Origin: Fidelibacterota bacterium
Lineage (GTDB): Bacteria > Fidelibacterota > Marinisomatia > Marinisomatales > UBA2128
Direction of reading: 5' to 3'
Assembly (NCBI GenBank): GCA_046861645.1
Contig: JBHHUM010000003.1
Coordinates: forward strand, 1-59,764
DNA length: 59,764 nt
The notes under the pieces were generated by a model. It was given only the letters and a program-made list of their open reading frames with translations, did no database searches and had not been told where the DNA came from. Shown piece by piece: positions 1-7,341 of the stretch. The position numbers were made by a program, and so were the translations under genes. Positions within the stretch are counted from its first letter, which is position 1. Every line of letters begins with the position of its first letter.

Positions 1-111
1 CTTCGCCTTGGACTCGATCTGGTGGTCGAGCACTTCAGCAGTAAATTCGAAAAACGATTTTAACCCGCCGCGTAAAAATTCAGAGCGGGTCATGGGTTGA
101 TCGCTATTCAT
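1..111 (-). CDS. 5' end of an unidentified protein running off the left edge (MNSDQPMTRSEFLRGGLKSFFEFTAEVLDHQIESKAK...)
   Basis: Reverse frame is open from the window edge to ATG 111..109, with a second in-frame ATG at 93..91 and an upstream in-frame TAA at 126..124. By my count 22 of 37 codons end in G/C. No family call is possible from 37 aa. Confidence 0.35.
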   Translation of the reverse strand, partial: MNSDQPMTRSEFLRGGLKSFFEFTAEVLDHQIESKAK

Positions 112-236
112 GACGTGGTTGATTTAGTTTGCTTTTTGTAACCGATTCATAGGGCATTCATCTTCTTTTGACATGATAACTGGATAAACCGGATTTACAA
201 GATGATTCTCTCCAATTGTCAATTTCGTGACCTAAA

Positions 237-371
237 TAGTGTCTGAACGAAAACTCTCAAAAATGCTCAAGCACCCGTCCTCGGGTGCGCTTGACGCTTT
301 GTAAAAACAATAGATTACGACGCCCCGGGGACGGGGCTTAGAGCTTATTCTGAGTTTTCGGTCAGACACTA
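237..371. repeat. 135-bp palindromic element: 20-bp terminal inverted repeats enclosing two GC-rich stem-loops
   Basis: tagtgtctgaacgaaaactc (237-256) pairs with gagttttcggtcagacacta (352-371) with one mismatch (247/361). Internal hairpins are gcacccg-tcct-cgggtgc (271-288) and gccccg-ggga-cggggc (322-337, GNRA-type loop). Confidence 0.6.
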
Positions 372-450
372 AATATGTTCAGCTCTGAATAATGAATCAA
401 ACGGAGCATGTCCGGTTCAATTTTGGTTGCGGCTTCGCCGAGTTAGGACT

Positions 451-669
451 TTAATAGGAAAGGACTTCTTCATACGCTGCAGACGACTTAATCTGTTTAT
501 GAACATGTCTTCTAAATTGTAAGGGTTTTGAAATACATTCAAACGTTTTTTCGGCCCCGCCAATACTCGAAATCGTAATCGTGCCGTAGTTGAACAAGCG
601 CTCCCAAAAATCTTGTTCAACGCGTATGCTTTCGACTTTGGTCAACAACAACTCGAATGTTTCTCCCAT
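451..669 (-). pseudogene. Bacterial PH (bPH_2 / YdbS-YdbT-like) domain fragment lacking its N-terminal TM/first-strand part
   Basis: Translation ...[50 protein letters not shown] matches the remembered bPH_2 pattern (I.sV.veQ....R.fgYGt..i...GG....f..I..P..fr). At 72 aa it has no TM helices, and its apparent ATG is the complement of the His codon of glyA HSGSQAN. Confidence 0.5.
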
Positions 670-1692
670 TCAGGTTCTCAAGCGAATATGGCGGTTTATT
701 TTACTTTTTTACGTCCTGGTGATACACTAATGGGTCTGGATCTTGCCCATGGGGGTCATCTTACTCACGGGTCTCCAGTAAACTTTTCTGGGAAGCTTTT
801 TAACATTGTTTCTTATCAAGTGGATAAAGAATCCGGTGTTGTGAATTTTGATAAGGTTATTGAACTGGCCAGGGAATCAAAACCTAAACTTATCGTTTGT
901 GGGGGCAGTGCTTATCCTCGATTTATTGAATTCGATCAGTTCCGTGAGGTTGCTGACGAGGTCGGAGCCTTCCTGATGAGTGATATAGCTCATCCGGCTG
1001 GACTGGTAGCAGCCGGTCTTCATCCCAGTCCTATGGAATATTGTGATGTAGTGACCACTACGACACATAAAACACTTCGCGGACCTCGTGGTGGGATGAT
1101 CCTCATGGGGAAGGATTGGGAGAATACCTGGGGAGTTATGGCTCCTAAATCAGGACGTACAAAAAGAGTCTCCGAACTGCTCGATTCAACCGTTATGCCT
1201 GGTATTCAGGGTGGTCCATTGATGCATGTGATTGCTGCTAAAGCAGTAGCTTTTGGTGAGGCTCTCCAACCCGAGTTTAAAACTTATTGTCAAAGAGTTG
1301 TGGCGAATGCTAAAGCGTTGGCAACTGCACTTAACGAAAGGGGTTATGATTTGGTGAGCGGTGGTACTGACACCCATGTAGTTTTGGTTGATTTATCTAA
1401 TAAGGATATATCAGGAAAAGCTGCGGAAAAAGCTCTTGAAAAGGCGGGTATTACAGTTAATAAGAATATGGTACCTTTCGATGAGCGTAGTCCTTTAATT
1501 ACCAGTGGTATTCGTGTGGGGACTCCGGCCATAACTACTCGCGGGATGGGGGTTAGCGAAATGCAAATTATTGCTGGATTGATTGACCAGGTTATTAAAG
1601 CCATTGATGATGAGGGTATAATCACCAATGTGAAGAGTACAGTAACTGAGTTGTGTTCTAATTTTCCTCTTTATTCTGACCTCCTTCAATAA
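613..1692 (+). pseudogene. glyA: Serine hydroxymethyltransferase, 5'-truncated (homology begins about nt 661-667; roughly 90 N-terminal residues missing)
   Basis: Motifs [39 protein letters not shown] (PLP-lysine motif) and [14 protein letters not shown] are present. The in-frame sequence upstream to the TGA at 529-531 lacks the LIASEN/NKYAEGYPG.RYYGG motifs. Confidence 0.8.
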
Positions 1693-2576
1693 TGGCTAAT
1701 AGGTTTTCTTGGATCATAATGAAAACCACAAAAATTCACCTTCCTCCTTTAATTTTCTTCTGTCTTATATTTTTCGGTTGTTCCGCCCACATACTAAAAC
1801 ATCATCCTCACTTAGCTCAACGTGTCTTTGAGAAAAAATTATCAAAATCGGAGAAACAGGTTCAAAAGTACCCCAAGGATCGTACCGTTCTATTGGAAAT
1901 ATGTAAGAACTTAACTCAATATAGTTATGTTTTTGTGTTGAGACAGGCGGAGATACTTCAGGATGAAGATTTTATGGAAAGTCGGAAATATAGGTTGCAG
2001 GCTAATGGACTATTCCGAAAGGCTTATGAATATGGTCTGGAATCTCTGGAAATTATTCATCCTGGTTTTAGAGATTCATTCTATCGTGATGGTGGGATTA
2101 TCCTTAAAGAGATTACTAAGGAAGAAATCGATTATTTGTACTGGATAGCGGCAGCTTTGGGTGGTATGATTTCCACAGCAAAAGGTGATCCCTATGCAAT
2201 TGCTGATCTTCCTAAGGTTGGTTACCTCATTGATCGTGCTCTGGAACTGGATGAGGCTTATGAAAAGGGAAGCCTACACGAATTTTTGATTTCGTTTACT
2301 TTAAGTCGTCCAGATGCTCCTCCCAACGCGATAGATGTTGCCAAGCATCATTTCGATCGGGCTGTAGAACTTTCGGAGGGGAATCGGGCTTCAGCTTTTG
2401 TAAGTTATGCAGAATCCATTTGCATATTAGAGCAGAACCGAAAGGAATTTCTGGTCATGCTTGATCGGGCTTTAGCGGTTGATGTAAACATGGATCGTGA
2501 TCTCAAACTGGCGAATATTGTAGCTCAGGAACGGGCTGAATGGCTAAAGGAGAGAGTTGATGACCTGTTTTTCTAA
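1692..2576 (+). CDS. TRAP-transporter-associated TPR lipoprotein, TatT family
   Basis: C-terminal half (YLYWIAAALGG...HEFLISF...AKHHFDRAVELS...FVSYAE) resembles the TatT family. Lipobox FFGC follows a hydrophobic leader. An alternative start at ATG 1719 (MKTTKIH...) gives a typical 21-aa lipoprotein signal. Confidence 0.7.
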   Translation: MANRFSWIIMKTTKIHLPPLIFFCLIFFGCSAHILKHHPHLAQRVFEKKLSKSEKQVQKYPKDRTVLLEICKNLTQYSYVFVLRQAEILQDEDFMESRKYRLQANGLFRKAYEYGLESLEIIHPGFRDSFYRDGGIILKEITKEEIDYLYWIAAALGGMISTAKGDPYAIADLPKVGYLIDRALELDEAYEKGSLHEFLISFTLSRPDAPPNAIDVAKHHFDRAVELSEGNRASAFVSYAESICILEQNRKEFLVMLDRALAVDVNMDRDLKLANIVAQERAEWLKERVDDLFF

Positions 2577-3573
2577 GGTATTTTGGTTAAGGAAAAGTGC
2601 AGTATTATCTTTATTGGTTTTATTTCCTCTTATCCTGGAAGCCCGAGTCGTCATTAAACTGGCCACACTGGCTCCGGAAGGATCACCTTGGCACGAAATT
2701 CTTTTGGAATTAAGTCAGCGTTGGAAGAAAGCCACCAAGGGAGAAGTTATAGTCAAAATTTACGCTGGGGGCGTTGCTGGTGAGGAACGGGATGTAGTCA
2801 GGAAGATGCGTATAGGGCAATTGCAGGCGGCTGCTGTAACAGTAGAAGGTCTTACTGAGATCAGCCAGGATATGAATGTGTTCTACATTCCGATGCTGGC
2901 TCAATCTTCTGAGGAGCTCGCTTTTATACGTGAAAAACTGGCCCCAGATTTACATAACGATTTAAATCGAAAGGGTTTCAAGCTCCTCGCCTGGGCAGAT
3001 GTGGGTTGGGCTTATTGGTTCACGAATGAAAAAATTACAACACCATTTCAAATGCAGCAACTCAAGCTCTTTACCTGGGCTGGTGACTATCGTTTTGTTG
3101 ACCTTTATAAAAAATTAGGATTCCATCCAGTCCCTATGTCAACAGCTGATATGTTGACTTCATTACAGACTAAGATGATCGATGGATTTGCGACCACTCC
3201 TATGTTTGCGTTATCTTTCCAATGGTTTGCCCTGGCTCCCCACATGTTAAAAATGAAGTGGGGTCCCATTATCGGTGGGGTGGTAATTACCAATGAAGCC
3301 TGGAATAATATTCCTGTTAAGTATCATCCAGAGTTAGAAGCTATTACTACCGATATCGAAAAAAAAGCAGGTGAAATAGTTGCCCTGGCTGAAAAAGCAA
3401 TGGAGGTTATGAAAGAAAATAATTTGACTGTTCATGATCCTACTGAGTCAGATTTAGAAGAGTGGAGAAAATTGATGCTTAGTGTCTATCCCTATGTTAG
3501 GGGATCTATTGTACCTGAAAAGATTTTTGATAAGGCCATTGCATTGCAACGTCAATTTCATCAGGAGAAATAA
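2557..3573 (+). CDS. TRAP transporter substrate-binding protein (DctP/TatP(T)-like)
   Basis: Signal peptide followed by KLATLAPEGSPWH...IYAGGVAGEERDVVRKMRIGQLQAAAVT, a typical DctP-family N-terminus. The gene sits between the TatT and DctQM genes. Confidence 0.85.
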   Translation: MMTCFSKVFWLRKSAVLSLLVLFPLILEARVVIKLATLAPEGSPWHEILLELSQRWKKATKGEVIVKIYAGGVAGEERDVVRKMRIGQLQAAAVTVEGLTEISQDMNVFYIPMLAQSSEELAFIREKLAPDLHNDLNRKGFKLLAWADVGWAYWFTNEKITTPFQMQQLKLFTWAGDYRFVDLYKKLGFHPVPMSTADMLTSLQTKMIDGFATTPMFALSFQWFALAPHMLKMKWGPIIGGVVITNEAWNNIPVKYHPELEAITTDIEKKAGEIVALAEKAMEVMKENNLTVHDPTESDLEEWRKLMLSVYPYVRGSIVPEKIFDKAIALQRQFHQEK

Positions 3574-3675
3574 ATATTTCCTCCCCTCGAAATCATTATT
3601 ATTACTCTAAAGATTCATTTTCTATAGAGCCCTTACATCTTATCTTTTACTGGGTGAATTAATCAGAAGAAGCTT

Positions 3676-5682
3676 GTGTCTCGAATTGTAACATTTTTTG
3701 CGGTCTGCTCACTGTTGAGTATGGCTCTGCTACCTACCATAGAAGCTTTCAGCAGGCTTGGTATGGGTATACCCACAATCCCGGGATCAGAGGGTTTTGT
3801 TCTCTTAGCGACACTGTGGATAGCATTATTAGGTTCAGTACTGGCAGCCAGAGAAAATCGTCTTCTATCTCTTTCCAGGCAGGTTGAGTTTGAAATTGAT
3901 CAGCCTGTGAGCATTCGTGATCTTTATAGCAATACAATGACTTTTGTACTGGTAACGGTTATGACTTATGCTAGTGCAGGATTCGTGTTAGAAAATCTTA
4001 CAGCTGAAACCAAAGTTGTTCCTGTACCATACTGGCTTGTAGCGATAATAATTCCTATCGGCTTTGCACTAATTACTGTTTCAATATTCATGATTAGTCC
4101 TCGGACTCTTTTTATCCGTGGTTTGATGATTCTCGCGGTTTTTGTGGTTGCCGCATTAGGTTATTTTGAACTGTTTACTCAACCGGAGTTCTTTTGGTTG
4201 GGAATTGTACTCGTTCTTATTTCGTTTCCCTTAGGAGTTCCAATTTTCGCCGTTTTAGGTGGTCTTGCCATGTTGATTTTGCATTACAATTTCGGGACTA
4301 TTCAAACTGTGGCGAATGAAGCTTTCACCATAACGGAAAAGTATGAATATGCCACTATTCCTCTCTTTGCTTTAACTGGGTACATTCTGGCGGAAGGAAA
4401 TGCCCCCCAGCGTTTAGTAAGCGTCTTTCATAACTGGTTCGGCTGGATGCCGGGTGGGACTCCTATTATGTCTGCTTTGCTTTGTGCTTTTTTTACTGCA
4501 TTGACTGGGGGATCAGGTGTTACCATTCTTGCTCTAGGTGGACTGCTTCTTCCCATGTTAAGGGCGGAAGGATATCCCCTGGGATTTTCTATTGGTTTGA
4601 TTACAGTTTCCGGTTCATTAGGACTCCTCTTTCCACCCAGTCTGCCCCTCATTCTGTACGGTGTTCGTGGAGGTACGGCGATGCAGTTAGGCATAAACCA
4701 AATATTCCGAGCTGCATTAATACCTGGTCTTATCCTCCTGGGATTAGTGAGTTTATGGGGAATCCGACAGAGCTATAGATCTAACGTGGTACGTAGTTCC
4801 TTTCACCTTGATAAGGCTATTCGCTCGCTCTGGGAAGCCAAATGGGAAGTCGTAATACCATTTCTTATTCTCATCTCAGTTCTTACAGGGTTTACACGGT
4901 TGGTAGAAGTAGCTGCGATGAGTGTGGTTTATTCTGTTATTGTGGAGGTTATTATTTATAAGGACTTGAAACTCGAGGATTTGTACAGGGTAATTACTAA
5001 ATGTGCCAAGTTTGTTGGCGGGATCTTGATAATTATAGCTATGGCTAAAGCTCTGAACTTGGCTTTTGTAGATGTCTCCTTTTATGAAATTATGTTACGA
5101 TGGATAGAAAGTAATATTCACAATAAATATCTTCTCTTGCTAGCACTGAATTTTTTCTTGCTGATTGTTGGTTGTCTGATGGATATCTTTTCTGCCATCA
5201 TTATCATTGTTCCGCTTATCAGCCAATTGTTCCGATCATCGAGTTTCTCCATGTTTGGTGATTTTTATGAGGGTGGGATCGCTATGATACTCGGTCTGCA
5301 GGCCGTACATGTTGCCGTAATCTTTATAGCAAATCTTGAGTTGGGCTACATCACACCTCCAGTGGGTATGAATCTTTTTCTAGCAGCTTACCGTTTTGAT
5401 AAACCTCTTTCTAAAATATATCGTGCCACGTTACCATATTTTCTTATACTGCTGGTAGGGGTGATGATAATTACTTATGTTCCGATTATCTTGCCTGGTA
5501 TTATGCCTGGGATCCAGTCTTCTACAATGGATACGGATCGCGATGGCATGCCGGATTGGTGGGAGGAGGCTTATCTTCTCAATGTGGAAGAGAATGATGC
5601 CGATAAGGATGCGGACTTTGATGGTGTCACGAACCTGGAGGAATATTATCAGAGTACTCATCCACGAAGTGCTTCCCCATGA
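3676..5682 (+). CDS. Fused TRAP permease DctQ-DctM with a C-terminal acidic DxDxDG (thrombospondin-type-3-like) tail
   Basis: GTG start, 668 aa, polytopic. N-terminal ~190 aa are DctQ-like, followed by a DctM-like large permease. The last 57 aa are MDTDRDGMPDWWEE...DKDADFDGVTNLEEYYQSTHP. Confidence 0.85.
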   Translation: MSRIVTFFAVCSLLSMALLPTIEAFSRLGMGIPTIPGSEGFVLLATLWIALLGSVLAARENRLLSLSRQVEFEIDQPVSIRDLYSNTMTFVLVTVMTYASAGFVLENLTAETKVVPVPYWLVAIIIPIGFALITVSIFMISPRTLFIRGLMILAVFVVAALGYFELFTQPEFFWLGIVLVLISFPLGVPIFAVLGGLAMLILHYNFGTIQTVANEAFTITEKYEYATIPLFALTGYILAEGNAPQRLVSVFHNWFGWMPGGTPIMSALLCAFFTALTGGSGVTILALGGLLLPMLRAEGYPLGFSIGLITVSGSLGLLFPPSLPLILYGVRGGTAMQLGINQIFRAALIPGLILLGLVSLWGIRQSYRSNVVRSSFHLDKAIRSLWEAKWEVVIPFLILISVLTGFTRLVEVAAMSVVYSVIVEVIIYKDLKLEDLYRVITKCAKFVGGILIIIAMAKALNLAFVDVSFYEIMLRWIESNIHNKYLLLLALNFFLLIVGCLMDIFSAIIIIVPLISQLFRSSSFSMFGDFYEGGIAMILGLQAVHVAVIFIANLELGYITPPVGMNLFLAAYRFDKPLSKIYRATLPYFLILLVGVMIITYVPIILPGIMPGIQSSTMDTDRDGMPDWWEEAYLLNVEENDADKDADFDGVTNLEEYYQSTHPRSASP

Positions 5683-5736
5683 ATGTACCTTGGTTAATTT
5701 GCCGTTTTTCGATGATTTCGTTGTAAATTGTAATCC

Positions 5737-5765
5737 TTGACATAAGAAACTCATGAGAATATATT
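5737..5765 (+). promoter_or_regulatory. Candidate sigma70-type promoter for the PorV-like gene
   Basis: TTGACA (5737-5742), 17-nt spacer, TATATT (5760-5765), about 95 nt upstream of the GTG at 5860 in a 177-nt intergenic gap. Confidence 0.4.
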
Positions 5766-5859
5766 CGTCGCACTATTCTGGCAACTGATGAACGGGAACA
5801 CGAGACACTCCTCATCGTTAGACTTGAAAACAATCTTTACACAAATTAATCATCATTAA

Positions 5860-7278
5860 GTGAAAAACTTATTATACATCATAATTATTGCGGCTGGACT
5901 CTCTATGGGAGCCCTCTCGGCTATTAGTGAGGCGTCAGCGCTTTTTCTGCTGATTTCCCCTGGAGCCAGAGCAGGAGGAATGGGGGAGGCACAAGTAGCC
6001 GTGGCTAATGATGCCTACGCCAGTTATTGGAATCCTGCTGGACTGGCTTTTTTGAAGGAGAGTGAGATTGCCTTGATGCATGTGAACTGGCTTCAGAACT
6101 TGGTTCCAGACATGTATTATGAGTTCCTTGCTTTCCATCGACACGTCCCTTCACTGGGAACTCTGGGTGGGCATGTAATTTTTCTGAACCTGGGTGAACA
6201 GGAACGACGTGGTGAAAACAATGAAGATTTGGGAACATTCAATAGTTTCATGTATGCCTTAACGATGTCTTATGGCGCTTATATTTCACCTAATTCTTCC
6301 ATCGGATTAAATGCTAAGGTTCTGCATCAAAATTTGACGGGTCAAGGCGCTGGAGCAGAACGAGGTGAAGGGGTTTCAACTGACTTTGCCTTTGACATCG
6401 CTTATTTTAAAAAGGGATTTCTGACACCCCAATTGGATATGGGGCTCACTATTACAAATATTGGTCCTAAAGTCTCTTTTATAGATGAAGCTCAAGCCGA
6501 TCCCATGCCTACCAATCTTACCTTTGGGTTAAATTATCGATTAATTGATACTGAATTTAACAGACTGAATCTGGTAATAGATATAGATAAAATGCTTGTG
6601 GCTTCTTATCCTGAAATGGATTGGGATGGTGATGGACGAGTTGGTCTATTTAATGAAGATGGTAAATATGTGGGTGAAGCGGGAGAATACAATAAATCCG
6701 GAGATCGTGAAGCTGCTCATACTGATCCTATTTATATAGCCTTTTTCACTTCTTGGTTGGATGACTGGTATTTGGGGGGTGATATTGATTGGGATGAGAA
6801 TACTATCATAGGTGGATATTACGAAACAGGTCTACGTAGCGGAGAACCTTTTGATGACTTTGGACTGGATGGAGAAGATGGAACTGAAGATGACAGTGAG
6901 GGCGATGGTGAATGGAAAGAGGGTGAGCCATTCGTAGATCAAAACGGTAATGGTACCTGGGACAAATTTGAGTGGGGAGATGAAGGGTACGGCAAGTACA
7001 ACGTTGATGGAGAGCTGGAAGTTGGAACTGGAGAAAACAGGAGTTTTTCTGCTGAATTGGATGAGATGGTTTTCAACTTTGGATTTGAATATTGGTATTC
7101 GAAATATTTTGCTCTACGGGGTGGGTACTATTATGATAAACTGGGTAAAATAGCTAATCCTACATTTGGGATTGGGTTGAGGTTTGCGGGTTATGGTTTT
7201 GATGCGGGCTTCACACTTGGTCCCCCTGGACACCCCCTCACGAACACAGTAAGATTTTCATTAAACATGGAGTTTTAG
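5860..7278 (+). CDS. PorV/PorQ-family outer-membrane beta-barrel (T9SS-associated) with a large acidic insertion
   Basis: GTG start and signal peptide. N-terminal motif LLISPGARAGGMGEAQVAVANDAYASYWNPAGLAF is typical of the PorV/PorQ (UPF0164) family. The protein ends in F (SLNMEF), consistent with an OMP beta-signal. Confidence 0.6.
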   Translation: MKNLLYIIIIAAGLSMGALSAISEASALFLLISPGARAGGMGEAQVAVANDAYASYWNPAGLAFLKESEIALMHVNWLQNLVPDMYYEFLAFHRHVPSLGTLGGHVIFLNLGEQERRGENNEDLGTFNSFMYALTMSYGAYISPNSSIGLNAKVLHQNLTGQGAGAERGEGVSTDFAFDIAYFKKGFLTPQLDMGLTITNIGPKVSFIDEAQADPMPTNLTFGLNYRLIDTEFNRLNLVIDIDKMLVASYPEMDWDGDGRVGLFNEDGKYVGEAGEYNKSGDREAAHTDPIYIAFFTSWLDDWYLGGDIDWDENTIIGGYYETGLRSGEPFDDFGLDGEDGTEDDSEGDGEWKEGEPFVDQNGNGTWDKFEWGDEGYGKYNVDGELEVGTGENRSFSAELDEMVFNFGFEYWYSKYFALRGGYYYDKLGKIANPTFGIGLRFAGYGFDAGFTLGPPGHPLTNTVRFSLNMEF

Positions 7279-7305
7279 GATAGTATTTTGGATGTCAGCT
7301 TTGCC

Positions 7306-7337
7306 GTCCTGTGGTCACTTGATTACAGGACTTTTTT
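7306..7337 (+). terminator. Rho-independent terminator after the PorV-like gene
   Basis: gtcctgt (7306-7312) pairs with acaggac (7325-7331) and is followed by tttttt (7332-7337). Confidence 0.6.
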
Positions 7338-7341
7338 ATAG

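Noticed and set aside
168-200. TTGACA at 168-173 could be a promoter -35 upstream of the palindromic element.
   Set aside because: No acceptable -10 hexamer lies at 16-18 nt spacing (ggattt/gattta), and there is no downstream + strand gene to drive.
417-620. A 67-aa reverse ORF overlaps the bPH_2-like reverse ORF in another frame.
   Set aside because: The alternative frame 451-669 carries the recognisable PH-domain pattern. This frame is basic, low-complexity and has no motif.
532-666. Plus-strand in-frame sequence upstream of glyA homology contains KRFFG, VVEQ and F.FG, reminiscent of SHMT KRYYGG, IVEQ and LFG. This raised the possibility that glyA is intact but divergent.
   Set aside because: Spacing is not collinear: about 8 extra residues lie between KR..G and HSG. 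The invariant LIASEN/NKYAEGYPG motifs are absent, the frame is closed by TGA at 529-531, and the opposite strand has a much better PH-domain match. I judged the similarity coincidental, but a profile alignment should confirm.
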